This document shows, piece by piece, positions 18,935 through 26,598 of a stretch of 64,000 nt of DNA (positions are counted from its first letter, which is position 1; every line of letters begins with the position of its first letter). The notes under the pieces are model-generated. The model saw only the letters and a list, made by a program, of their open reading frames with translations, made no database searches and was not told where the DNA came from. The stretch is from assembly GCA_001508935.1 (NCBI GenBank), contig LGFQ01000001.1, positions 1,392 through 65,391 of the forward strand, given 5' to 3'. The position numbers and the translations under genes are program-made. The DNA is from Synergistales bacterium 54_24. GTDB taxonomy: Bacteria; Synergistota; Synergistia; Synergistales; Thermosynergistaceae.

Positions 18935-19762
18935 GTGAATGTCGTGGAGGTAAAACTACGCGTAGAAGAGGCGTTAGAATACGTCAAGAAAAACGTCGCC
19001 GCCGTACCAGAAGCCGCGGTCGTGTTGGGCTCCGGCTTAGGAAAGGTGGCTGAAGAAATGCACGATGCCGTCGTAATTCCTTATGAGGAAATACCGCACT
19101 GGCCGCGCTCCACAGCCCCGGGGCATGCCGGCAGGCTCGTGATAGGTCTCCTCGGAGGTAAGTTGGTGGCGCTCATGCAGGGGCGCGCCCATTATTACGA
19201 AGGCTATTCGATGGAAGAGGTCACCTTCCCCGTGCGCGCCTTCGGCAGATGGGGCATCCCCGTTTATATAGCTACAAACGCCTCTGGAGGCATACATTAC
19301 GGCCTTCGCCCCGGCGATTTGGTCTTGGTGTGCGACCACATAAACTTTATGGGGGCAAATCCGCTGCGCGGCCCCAACGTGGAAGAGTGGGGACCGCGCT
19401 TCCCAGACATGACTTATGCTTATGACCAGCGCCTCTTGTCTTTGGCCGAGGAGGTGGCTGCGAAAGAGGGTATACTGGTCAAAAGAGGGATATACATAGC
19501 CTTTCCTGGCCCTTCTTATGAAACGCCCGCCGAGATACGCATGGCTCGTATCATGGGAGCGGATGTAGTCGGCATGTCCACGGTGCCGGAAGTTATTGTA
19601 GCTAACCACATGGGGATGAAGGTCTGCGCCATCTCGTGCGTGGCCAATTACGCCGCCGGCATGGAGGCGAAGCGCCTCACCCATGAGGAGGTTTTAGCTG
19701 CGACAGAGGAGGCCTCCCTCAGGATGACCAGGCTTCTGCGAGGCTTGATCGAGGGCCTTTAG
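18935..19762 (+). CDS. punA: purine nucleoside phosphorylase (PunA / PNP family 2)
   Basis: 275 aa. VLGSGLG, STAPGHAGRLV, GRAHYYEGYSMEEVTFPVR, GPSYETPAEIR and GADVVGMSTVPEVIVANH align closely with Bacillus PunA as I recall it. Confidence 0.9.
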   Translation: MNVVEVKLRVEEALEYVKKNVAAVPEAAVVLGSGLGKVAEEMHDAVVIPYEEIPHWPRSTAPGHAGRLVIGLLGGKLVALMQGRAHYYEGYSMEEVTFPVRAFGRWGIPVYIATNASGGIHYGLRPGDLVLVCDHINFMGANPLRGPNVEEWGPRFPDMTYAYDQRLLSLAEEVAAKEGILVKRGIYIAFPGPSYETPAEIRMARIMGADVVGMSTVPEVIVANHMGMKVCAISCVANYAAGMEAKRLTHEEVLAATEEASLRMTRLLRGLIEGL

Positions 19763-19771
19763 GGGAGCAGC

Positions 19772-20602
19772 TCAGAGGCGCAGCTTTTGAAACTCCATCT
19801 CTTCCAAGTCTATCCATAGGAGAGAGGCCCGAAGCGGCGTGCCCACGCCAGTTATTACCTTCACAGCCTCGGCCACCTGAAGGGCGGCTGTAACCGCGGG
19901 CGTAAACGACGGATTGCCCAAGACCGTCTCGATGCCCCTGTCGGGGACATCGCCTTTTAGGGCGTCGAATAATGTGGGATCTCCCGGGAATACCGTACCG
20001 ACTTCGCCTGAAAGGCCGCCTATCGCGCCGTGGACGACCGGTATCCCCAACCTTCTGCAAGCTTCGAACAGGACCTTTCTGGAGCTGTTGTTATCGAGGG
20101 CATCAATGGCCAGATTTGCGCCTCCGAGCAGGCGATCGGCGTTTTCTTCGGTGAAGAAGACATTCATAGGTACGACTGTCAGGGCGCTGTTTATCACAGC
20201 CAAACGCTCGGCTGCTGCCTGGACTTTCGGCAGGCCGAGGCTTTTTTCGGTGCAGAAAAGCTGCCTGTTCAAATTGTTCTCGGAGAAGCTGTCGCCGTCT
20301 ATGATCAGGAGCTCTCCGACCCCAACCCGTCCCAAAACTTCAGCTATCCAACCGCCGAGGCCTCCGCAACCGACCACCGCGACGCGCGATCTCAACAGGT
20401 CGATCTGCCCGGTTATGCCCAGCGTTCCTATGTTTCGCTCGTATCGTTTGGGAACGATTCCGGCATTGAGCGCTGCGAGCTCCACATCGCGCAAAGGGAT
20501 CCCTTTTTCTTCGGCTATGGCCTTGCACACATCCAGGCTCACCACTTGACGACCTTTCTCTTTTGTGCATCCTTTTAACAAGGCTTGTGCCAGATCTTCC
20601 AA
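19772..20602 (-). CDS. ThiF/MoeB/HesA-family E1-like adenylyltransferase
   Basis: 276 aa. Rossmann VAVVGCGGLGGWIAEVLGRVGVGELLIIDGDSFSENNLNRQ, preceded by a ~60-aa N-terminal extension. There is no C-terminal rhodanese domain, and no ThiS/MoaD-like ORF lies next to it. Confidence 0.75.
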   Translation of the reverse strand: MEDLAQALLKGCTKEKGRQVVSLDVCKAIAEEKGIPLRDVELAALNAGIVPKRYERNIGTLGITGQIDLLRSRVAVVGCGGLGGWIAEVLGRVGVGELLIIDGDSFSENNLNRQLFCTEKSLGLPKVQAAAERLAVINSALTVVPMNVFFTEENADRLLGGANLAIDALDNNSSRKVLFEACRRLGIPVVHGAIGGLSGEVGTVFPGDPTLFDALKGDVPDRGIETVLGNPSFTPAVTAALQVAEAVKVITGVGTPLRASLLWIDLEEMEFQKLRL

Positions 20603-20649
20603 AGCTCATCTCTCCTTCGCTTAAAAAAATAAAAAGGACGGTATAGCTT

Positions 20650-21171
20650 ATGGAACAAGAGACGTACAGACCGCGAGAAAGCGATATCGAGTCCCTTTTT
20701 ATATCATATATGCCGTGGGTGAGGTCGCTCGCCAGGGCTTTGGCCGGCCGGGATTCGTATCTGCAGGACGACCTCATCCAAGAAGGTCTTATAGCCCTTT
20801 ATAGGGCCACACAGCACTACGATCCGGAAAGAGGTCCGTTCCCCCCTTTTGCGCGTTCTTGCGTTCGCAATGCCATGATCTCGTTTTTGCGCAAAAACAC
20901 CCTTCACCGTGCGGAGGAGAGCTTCGACGAGATAGAAGAACTGGCCAAGCCATCGGCATCGGACGACGAACCGCGCGGCGCAGAAAGTCAGGAGATGCTC
21001 AAGGAGCTCATCCCGGTGCTTTCGCCCATGGAAACCGCTGCGCTCGATGCTTACTTGCAGACAGGAGGAACGGCGCAGGCAGCCAAGGTGTTGGGGTGGG
21101 ACGAAAAGCGCGTATATAACGCCCTCCAGCGCGTCCGCAATAAGGTCAAAGCGCTCTTTGTAAGCCGCTGA
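20650..21171 (+). CDS. sigma-70 family RNA polymerase sigma factor (short, SigH-like)
   Basis: 173 aa. Region 2 (DLIQEGLIALYRATQHYDPERGPFPPFARSCVRNAMISFLRK) resembles SigH. Region 4 HTH is LQTGGTAQAAKVLGWDEKRVYNALQRVRNKV. Confidence 0.75.
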   Translation: MEQETYRPRESDIESLFISYMPWVRSLARALAGRDSYLQDDLIQEGLIALYRATQHYDPERGPFPPFARSCVRNAMISFLRKNTLHRAEESFDEIEELAKPSASDDEPRGAESQEMLKELIPVLSPMETAALDAYLQTGGTAQAAKVLGWDEKRVYNALQRVRNKVKALFVSR

Positions 21172-21219
21172 ATCTGGACAAATCGCCTGCAAAAATATTA
21201 TCATAAGTTGGACTTACGC

Positions 21220-21317
21220 GGAGGCGGATGCCGGCTGGTGTCGACCCCGGACTTCAAATCCGGTGCGGGGTGGCCAGGGCTGCTCTGGGTGGGTTCGATT
21301 CCCACACGCCTCCGCCA
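21220..21317 (+). tRNA. selC: tRNA-Sec (anticodon UCA)
   Basis: 98 nt. Acceptor GGAGGCG(G)/CGCCTCC followed by G-CCA. D-arm of 6 bp (GCCGGC/GUCGAC, one mismatch) with a 4-nt UGGU loop. Anticodon arm CCGGA-CUUCAAA-UCCGG. Long variable arm (CCAGGG-cug-CUCUGG). T-arm GGTGGG-TTCGATT-CCCAC. The overall layout parallels E. coli selC. Confidence 0.9.
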
Positions 21318-21338
21318 ACTCGTTGGAGGGACGAATGT

Positions 21339-22250
21339 GTGTCTTGGGCATTGCATCGTGTAGTTCGTCATCCGGCCGATAGCGCATGGCCTGCCTTTTG
21401 GGCCTCTAAGGCCGCGTGCGAGAGGAAGGTCGTGGAGATAGGCTTCGGGAACGGGGATTTTCTCCTGGCGTTGGCGCAAAACGACTCGAAGGCGTGCTTC
21501 GTCGGCATTGAGCTTTCCGTCACCTCGGTTACCAAAGCCGCGAGGAAGGCGCTGCAGAGAGGGTTGGATAACGTCGTTTTGGTCATGGGGGATGCGCGCT
21601 TCATGCTCAAGGAGGCTTTTCCGCCTGGCACCTTTGACGAAGCCTATATAAACTTTCCCTGCCCGTGGCCCAAGAAGAGGCATGCGAAGTATCGCCTCTC
21701 TCACGGCGATTTCCCGGCGGCCATATCCTCGGCGCTCAAGGCGAAAGGGGCGCTTGAGATGACTACCGACTCAAAGCCTTTCGCTGAAGAGTTCGCTCAA
21801 GCTATCTCCGCCACGGGCGCGATGGCGGTCGACCTCTTTGAAAAAAATCCGAGACGGGCCGTGCGCACCAAATACGAGGATAAGTGGTTGACTCAGGGAA
21901 GGGATATATGTCGCCTCAGGTTCGTCAAGGTCGACGATTTTGCCCTTCCTTCAGAGAGCGAAGGGGGTTTCCATGTGCATCGGATTTTGAGCGTCAAAAC
22001 GAGTCCGGCCAGGGCAATTTCCGGCACGAGCGGCGGCGAAGGAACGCATAGATACTTCTTCGGCGGGGCGTTCAGCGGCGACGATGGAACGGAGTTGCTT
22101 CAGGTTATCACTGTCGATGACGGCTTCGAGCAGAGGTTTTACCTCAGATTTGTGCCCAAGCCTGATGGCGTTCTCGTCAAACTGGATGAGTGTTCTCAAG
22201 CATTTAGAACTCCAGCGGCAAAGGCAGCGCTTGCCGCTATTGCGGGGTGA
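21339..22250 (+). CDS. trmB: tRNA (guanine-N7)-methyltransferase with a ~95-aa C-terminal extension
   Basis: The track ORF 21228-22250 runs through selC. The in-frame GTG at 21339 lies 8 nt after GGAGGG. Motifs: VVEIGFGNGDFLL, GIELS, INFPCPWPKKRHAKYRL. The last ~95 aa have no match I recognise. Confidence 0.85.
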   Translation: MSWALHRVVRHPADSAWPAFWASKAACERKVVEIGFGNGDFLLALAQNDSKACFVGIELSVTSVTKAARKALQRGLDNVVLVMGDARFMLKEAFPPGTFDEAYINFPCPWPKKRHAKYRLSHGDFPAAISSALKAKGALEMTTDSKPFAEEFAQAISATGAMAVDLFEKNPRRAVRTKYEDKWLTQGRDICRLRFVKVDDFALPSESEGGFHVHRILSVKTSPARAISGTSGGEGTHRYFFGGAFSGDDGTELLQVITVDDGFEQRFYLRFVPKPDGVLVKLDECSQAFRTPAAKAALAAIAG

Positions 22251-22257
22251 AGATACG

Positions 22258-22698
22258 GTGCGCGGATGGCCACTCTATCCCATAGGACATGTGGAAAATA
22301 CAGTTACAGAGAGGATGGACCCCGATCGCTTTATCGGAGTGCAGTCAAAGATAGTGGTGGACGAAGCGTATGTCAAAGGGCTTGAAGGGCTTGAAACCGG
22401 CATGGAGCTTTTGGTCCTTTTTGCCTTTCATCTCTCTTCTGGGGCACCGTTGATGGTGCACCCCCGAGGCGACACCAGCAGGAAGAAGCGCGGAGTTTTT
22501 GCAACCTGCTCGCCCAATAGGCCCAACGGCATAGGCACGGGCCATTGTAAGCTTTTGGGGCGCGATGGCAACATCTTGGTCGTAGAGGACTTAGAGGCCA
22601 TAAACGGATCGCCCGTGATAGACATTAAGCCCCTCGACTGCGTGCGTCCGTTGCGAGAGGGGACAAGCGAAGCGCGCACCTCAAGTCGGAGCGTATGA
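22258..22698 (+). CDS. trmO: tRNA (t6A37-N6)-methyltransferase TrmO/TsaA (YaeB family)
   Basis: The GTG at 22258 lies just after the trmB stop. PIGHVEN, FATCSPNRPNGIG and NGSPVIDIKP are YaeB-family motifs. Confidence 0.8.
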   Translation: MRGWPLYPIGHVENTVTERMDPDRFIGVQSKIVVDEAYVKGLEGLETGMELLVLFAFHLSSGAPLMVHPRGDTSRKKRGVFATCSPNRPNGIGTGHCKLLGRDGNILVVEDLEAINGSPVIDIKPLDCVRPLREGTSEARTSSRSV

Positions 22699-23198
22699 AA
22701 GACGTAAGACCTACTACGTCCATCGTGATAGAAGCGATTTTTAACATATTGGGCCCGCTTTCTAATGTTGCCTTTTTAGACCTCTTCGCGGGGACCGGGC
22801 GCGTGGCGCTCGAGGCGTGGAGTAGAGGAGCCAGGCCAGTCGTGGCCGTGGAGCTCCTCAGGCGGCGGTGTGAGGCTGTAAAAAGGGCCGGCGTAAAGCC
22901 GGAAGAGGGGCTTGTTTTGCTCTTTATGGACGTCCGACGGGCGATTCGGTGGCTGGATAAAAGAGGATATTCCTTCAATGTGATCTTCGCCGATCCGCCT
23001 TACGATTCATCTTGGGCTACCGAGACGCTCGAACTGCTCACATCGAAAAGGGGTCTCGTCCGCCCAGGCGGCGTTATAATGTTGGAGAGGTCGAGCAGGG
23101 AGATAGTAAACGGCATACCCAAATGCCTTCAACTCGTCGATGAGAGGCGGTACGGCGATACTGTCCTTTCGACGTTTAGGTTCGCCGAGGGGGATTGA
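22695..23198 (+). CDS. rsmD: 16S rRNA (guanine966-N2)-methyltransferase
   Basis: 167 aa. RPTTSIVIEAIFNIL, LDLFAGTGRVALEAWSRGA and IFADPPY. ATGA overlap with trmO. Confidence 0.85.
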   Translation: MKDVRPTTSIVIEAIFNILGPLSNVAFLDLFAGTGRVALEAWSRGARPVVAVELLRRRCEAVKRAGVKPEEGLVLLFMDVRRAIRWLDKRGYSFNVIFADPPYDSSWATETLELLTSKRGLVRPGGVIMLERSSREIVNGIPKCLQLVDERRYGDTVLSTFRFAEGD

Positions 23199-23199
23199 T

Positions 23200-23682
23200 T
23201 TGGCAAAGGCAGTCTATCCCGGATCTTTTGATCCCATAACGAACGGGCACGTTTATATAGCAGAGAGGGCCGCCTCTCTCTTCGATGAGCTCGTCGTGGC
23301 CGTCCTCGTAAACCTGCAAAAGAAGGCCACCTTCAGCGTCGACGAGCGCGCCTCCATGGCACGCGAGGCCCTTATCCATCTGCCCAACGTAAAGGTCAAG
23401 GCTTTCGACGGGCTCCTTGTCGACTTCATGCGCCAAGAAAGAAGTCGCGCCATCATCAGGGGGTTGCGAGCCCTTTCGGACTTTGAATATGAATTTCAGC
23501 TGGCCCAGATGAATCGCGAGCTCGCCCCGGAGATCGAGACGCTCTTCATAGTGACGGAAGCCAGATATTCATATCTTTCGAGCAGCGTCGTGAAAGAAGT
23601 CTTCAGCTTCGGCGGTGCCATCCAGGACATGGTGCCGCCTGGCGTATACAGGCGGCTGCGCGAGAGGTTCCCTCGTTTTTAG
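23200..23682 (+). CDS. coaD: phosphopantetheine adenylyltransferase
   Basis: The TTG at 23200 lies directly after the rsmD stop. AVYPGSFDPITNGHVYI, IIRGLRALSDFEYE and SSSVVKEV are CoaD motifs. Confidence 0.92.
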   Translation: MAKAVYPGSFDPITNGHVYIAERAASLFDELVVAVLVNLQKKATFSVDERASMAREALIHLPNVKVKAFDGLLVDFMRQERSRAIIRGLRALSDFEYEFQLAQMNRELAPEIETLFIVTEARYSYLSSSVVKEVFSFGGAIQDMVPPGVYRRLRERFPRF

Positions 23683-23690
23683 CAGCTGTC

Positions 23691-24905
23691 TCAAGGATCC
23701 ATGACGGGCGTGCTTCTCGCCTCGCGGCCAGGATCCGGGCTATCGACGAGGAGTTCCCACATTTCAGACGCCCTGCGCTCCAAGGTCAACATCTCGGAGG
23801 CGTAGCTGTTTCCGGGAAGCGATGCCCTGCTTATCACGGGGAGCGCGGCCGTTGAGCGCATCTGCCTGAGAAGGGCCCTTCCGCGACCGTCAGCTCCTAT
23901 AAGCCGTATGTAGGCAGGGCCTAAGCGTTGGTAAGCCCTGTTCGTCCAGTGATTCACCCCGAGGAGGATGTGGATGAGGTGGCGCTGCAATCGCCCCCTC
24001 GGGTAGCGCCGGCATGCCAGGCTCGAAATCAGCTCCTCGAAACTGCGACACCTCCACGCCTCCCTCAAGATGCGCTTCTCGAGCCCCTCTTTCATCTCGG
24101 CATATCTTTTCAACTCTGATGCCTCTGAGCGAATGATCGCAGTCCGCACCATGCGCCACAACCTATCCCAGGAGTAAAAAAGCCTTCCTTCGGCGGCGCA
24201 CCGGCGCAGGATGGCCATGGTCGACGGAGGGACCGAATCGGAAACCTCGTCCCAATTGCCATCCCATAGCGAGCGCCTTACGGCTGTAGCGCTGGCTGTG
24301 GGTCCGGGTTTAATATCGTGGTAAGGGGCTCCGATGCGCTCAACGGGGACAATTTCAATGGGGTAGCCCTTTTCCCTCATCCTTTTCATGTATGCGATGG
24401 CCAGAATGTTGTTCGGTTGAGACATCACGGCGAATGCGCCGGGGAGGAACGAGTCCACAGCGCGAGCTTGAGATTCCACGAAGGAACGGCCTTGAGATAG
24501 CATTTGACGCAATGCGTCCTTGAATGCCTGCGTCTCGTGAGTTAGAATATCTACGATCGCTTCAACTTTTGGATCTTTTGCGTTTTCCATCCCGAACGCT
24601 AAGTGGGAGACGATGCCTGTGGAAGCCAAGATGTCTATTGCTCCTGCCGCGAAGACGCCTGCATTATGGCAGGAAAAGGCTGTGGGCAACTCCAAGACGA
24701 GATTAGCTCCAGAGGCGAGAGCCATGCGCGCTCGTTCCCACTTGTCTGCTATAGCCGGTTCGCCCCGCTGGACGAAGTGCGAAGAAAGCACTATGACTAC
24801 CGCGTCCGCTTTTACGATCTCCCTTGCTCGGGAGAGATGAAAGGCATGGCCGTTATGGAGGGGATTGTATTCCGCCACGATTCCTACCACGCGAGGGAGG
24901 TTCAT
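23691..24905 (-). CDS. tmcAL: tRNA(Met) cytidine acetate ligase family protein (YlbM/TmcAL, DUF795 nucleotidyltransferase)
   Basis: 404 aa. The N-terminal VGIVAEYNPLHNGHAFHLSRAREI is the HxGH nucleotidyltransferase motif of the YlbM/TmcAL family. It is convergent with coaD (8-nt gap) and divergent from ackA. Confidence 0.8.
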   Translation of the reverse strand: MNLPRVVGIVAEYNPLHNGHAFHLSRAREIVKADAVVIVLSSHFVQRGEPAIADKWERARMALASGANLVLELPTAFSCHNAGVFAAGAIDILASTGIVSHLAFGMENAKDPKVEAIVDILTHETQAFKDALRQMLSQGRSFVESQARAVDSFLPGAFAVMSQPNNILAIAYMKRMREKGYPIEIVPVERIGAPYHDIKPGPTASATAVRRSLWDGNWDEVSDSVPPSTMAILRRCAAEGRLFYSWDRLWRMVRTAIIRSEASELKRYAEMKEGLEKRILREAWRCRSFEELISSLACRRYPRGRLQRHLIHILLGVNHWTNRAYQRLGPAYIRLIGADGRGRALLRQMRSTAALPVISRASLPGNSYASEMLTLERRASEMWELLVDSPDPGREARSTPVMDP

Positions 24906-24991
24906 TCGGACTCCTCCTCTTCGATGAGTTCTGTGACAGGAAACATTGTACCCTCCTTTGAGAATAACAAAAAGCTGGGAGGTCGTATCTC

Positions 24992-26197
24992 ATGAAGGTG
25001 TTGGTATTGAATTGCGGAAGTTCTTCCATCAAATATCAGGTCTTCGACATGCGGACAGAAGGGGTGTTGGCGAAGGGGCTCATCGAGCGCGTAGGCATAG
25101 AGGGGTCCAGGATCAAACATCAGAACATGAGGGCGGAGGAACTCAAGCAGGATGTGAGCGTGCCAAACCATAAAGTCGGGGTCAAACTGCTGTTGGACCT
25201 GCTTGTTGACGAGACACATGGCGTGCTGAAGAGTCTGGACGAGATCGTAGCCGTAGGACATCGCGTCGTCCACGGTGGAGAGGCCTTTGCGAGGTCGGTG
25301 ATCGTGAACAAGGAGGTTTTGGACGCTGTGGAGGATTGCGTGCCTTTGGCACCCCTTCATAACCCGGCCAACCTCATGGGGATAAGGGCTATGATGGAAA
25401 TTCTGCCGAAAGTTCCGCAGGTGGCAGTTTTCGATACGGCATTCCATCAAACGATGCCGCCTCACGCCTATATGTTCGGTCTGCCTTATCGCTACTACAA
25501 GGAGCATAAGGTGCGACGTTACGGCTTCCATGGTACCAGCCATTATTATGTGGCCAACAGGGCTGCCGAGATGCTCGGACGACCGTTGGAGGATTTGAAG
25601 ATCGTCACGTGTCATTTGGGCAATGGCAGTTCTCTGACGGCTGTTGACGGAGGCAAGTCGATAGATACCTCTTTGGGCTTCGGCACCGTCCCGGGTGTCA
25701 TTATGGGGACGAGGTCCGGCGATTTGGACCCGACTGCGATCCTGCACCTCATGGAGCAGGAAGGGCTTGACCCTAAAGCCATGAGCCACATCCTTCACAA
25801 AGAGAGCGGTCTCTTGGGCCTCACCGGCATAAGCAGCGACTTGAGAGACGTGGAGGCGGCGGCCGAGTCCAAAAACGAGCGAGCCATCTTGGCCATTGAG
25901 ATGTTAGCTTACGGAGTGCGGAAATATATAGGGGCCTATGCTGCGGCGATGGGCGGGCTCGATGCGATCGTCTTCACGGCCGGTATAGGCGAAAACTCGG
26001 ATGTTATACGCGCCAAGGCGTGCGAGGGCTTGGCCTTTTTGGGTGCCGAGCTGGATTCTGAGAAAAACAAGGTGCGCGGAAAGGAAGCCTTTATCAGCAC
26101 CGACGATTCAAAGGTGGCCATTTTGGTGGTTCCCACAAATGAAGAACTGGTGATCGCTCGCGACACCTGGGCTTTGGTCTCCGACGCCGTTCGATAA
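24992..26197 (+). CDS. ackA: acetate kinase
   Basis: 401 aa. MKVLVLNCGSSSIKYQVFDM, VGHRVVHGG, RRYGFHGTSH and IVFTAGIGENS. Confidence 0.95.
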   Translation: MKVLVLNCGSSSIKYQVFDMRTEGVLAKGLIERVGIEGSRIKHQNMRAEELKQDVSVPNHKVGVKLLLDLLVDETHGVLKSLDEIVAVGHRVVHGGEAFARSVIVNKEVLDAVEDCVPLAPLHNPANLMGIRAMMEILPKVPQVAVFDTAFHQTMPPHAYMFGLPYRYYKEHKVRRYGFHGTSHYYVANRAAEMLGRPLEDLKIVTCHLGNGSSLTAVDGGKSIDTSLGFGTVPGVIMGTRSGDLDPTAILHLMEQEGLDPKAMSHILHKESGLLGLTGISSDLRDVEAAAESKNERAILAIEMLAYGVRKYIGAYAAAMGGLDAIVFTAGIGENSDVIRAKACEGLAFLGAELDSEKNKVRGKEAFISTDDSKVAILVVPTNEELVIARDTWALVSDAVR

Positions 26198-26228
26198 ATG
26201 CCGTTTGTAAACGGGGGATCCGGTCACG

Positions 26229-26594
26229 ATTTGTGGCATAGGCGTTGACATCTGTTCTGTTTCCCGCATTGAGAGGGCGATGGCAAGAGATGTTTTCATT
26301 AAAAAAGCCTTCGTAGATGAGGAGATCGAGTACGCTCACCGTAGTTACCGTCCTGCCGTGCATCTTGCGTCGGCCTTCGCGGCGCGCGAGGCGCTTGCCA
26401 AAGCCTCAGGCTTGGGCCTTGCCAAGATGGGGCTTCACGAGGCTTGGGTGAGGAGGGATGAGGCAGGTAGTCCTCATATTTGCCTTTCGCCCGCTCTCGA
26501 AGAGGAGTTCTCCAAAAAGGGGATTCGTAAGATTTGGTTGAGCATAAGTCACGAGGGCGATTTTGCCGTTGCTGTGGTGGTATTGGAGGATTAG
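26229..26594 (+). CDS. acpS: holo-[acyl-carrier-protein] synthase (start codon unresolved)
   Basis: The track ORF starts at ATG 26280, but the conserved N-terminal ICGIGVDICSVSRIE (Mg-binding Asp) lies upstream in the same frame. Between the in-frame TAA (26208-26210) and 26280 there is no ATG, GTG or TTG; ATT 26229 is the only near-cognate candidate. The C-terminal LSISHEGDFAVAVVVLE is typical of AcpS. Confidence 0.75.
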   Translation: MCGIGVDICSVSRIERAMARDVFIKKAFVDEEIEYAHRSYRPAVHLASAFAAREALAKASGLGLAKMGLHEAWVRRDEAGSPHICLSPALEEEFSKKGIRKIWLSISHEGDFAVAVVVLED

Positions 26595-26598
26595 GCGC

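Noticed and set aside
19763-19771. Convergent gene pairs with almost no spacer and no terminator: punA/thiF-like (9 nt), coaD/tmcAL (8 nt) and the secreted protein/birA (4-nt overlap).
   Set aside because: This is consistent with the general extreme compaction of the window. It may imply transcriptional interference or Rho-dependent termination, but nothing in the sequence singles these out as functional elements.
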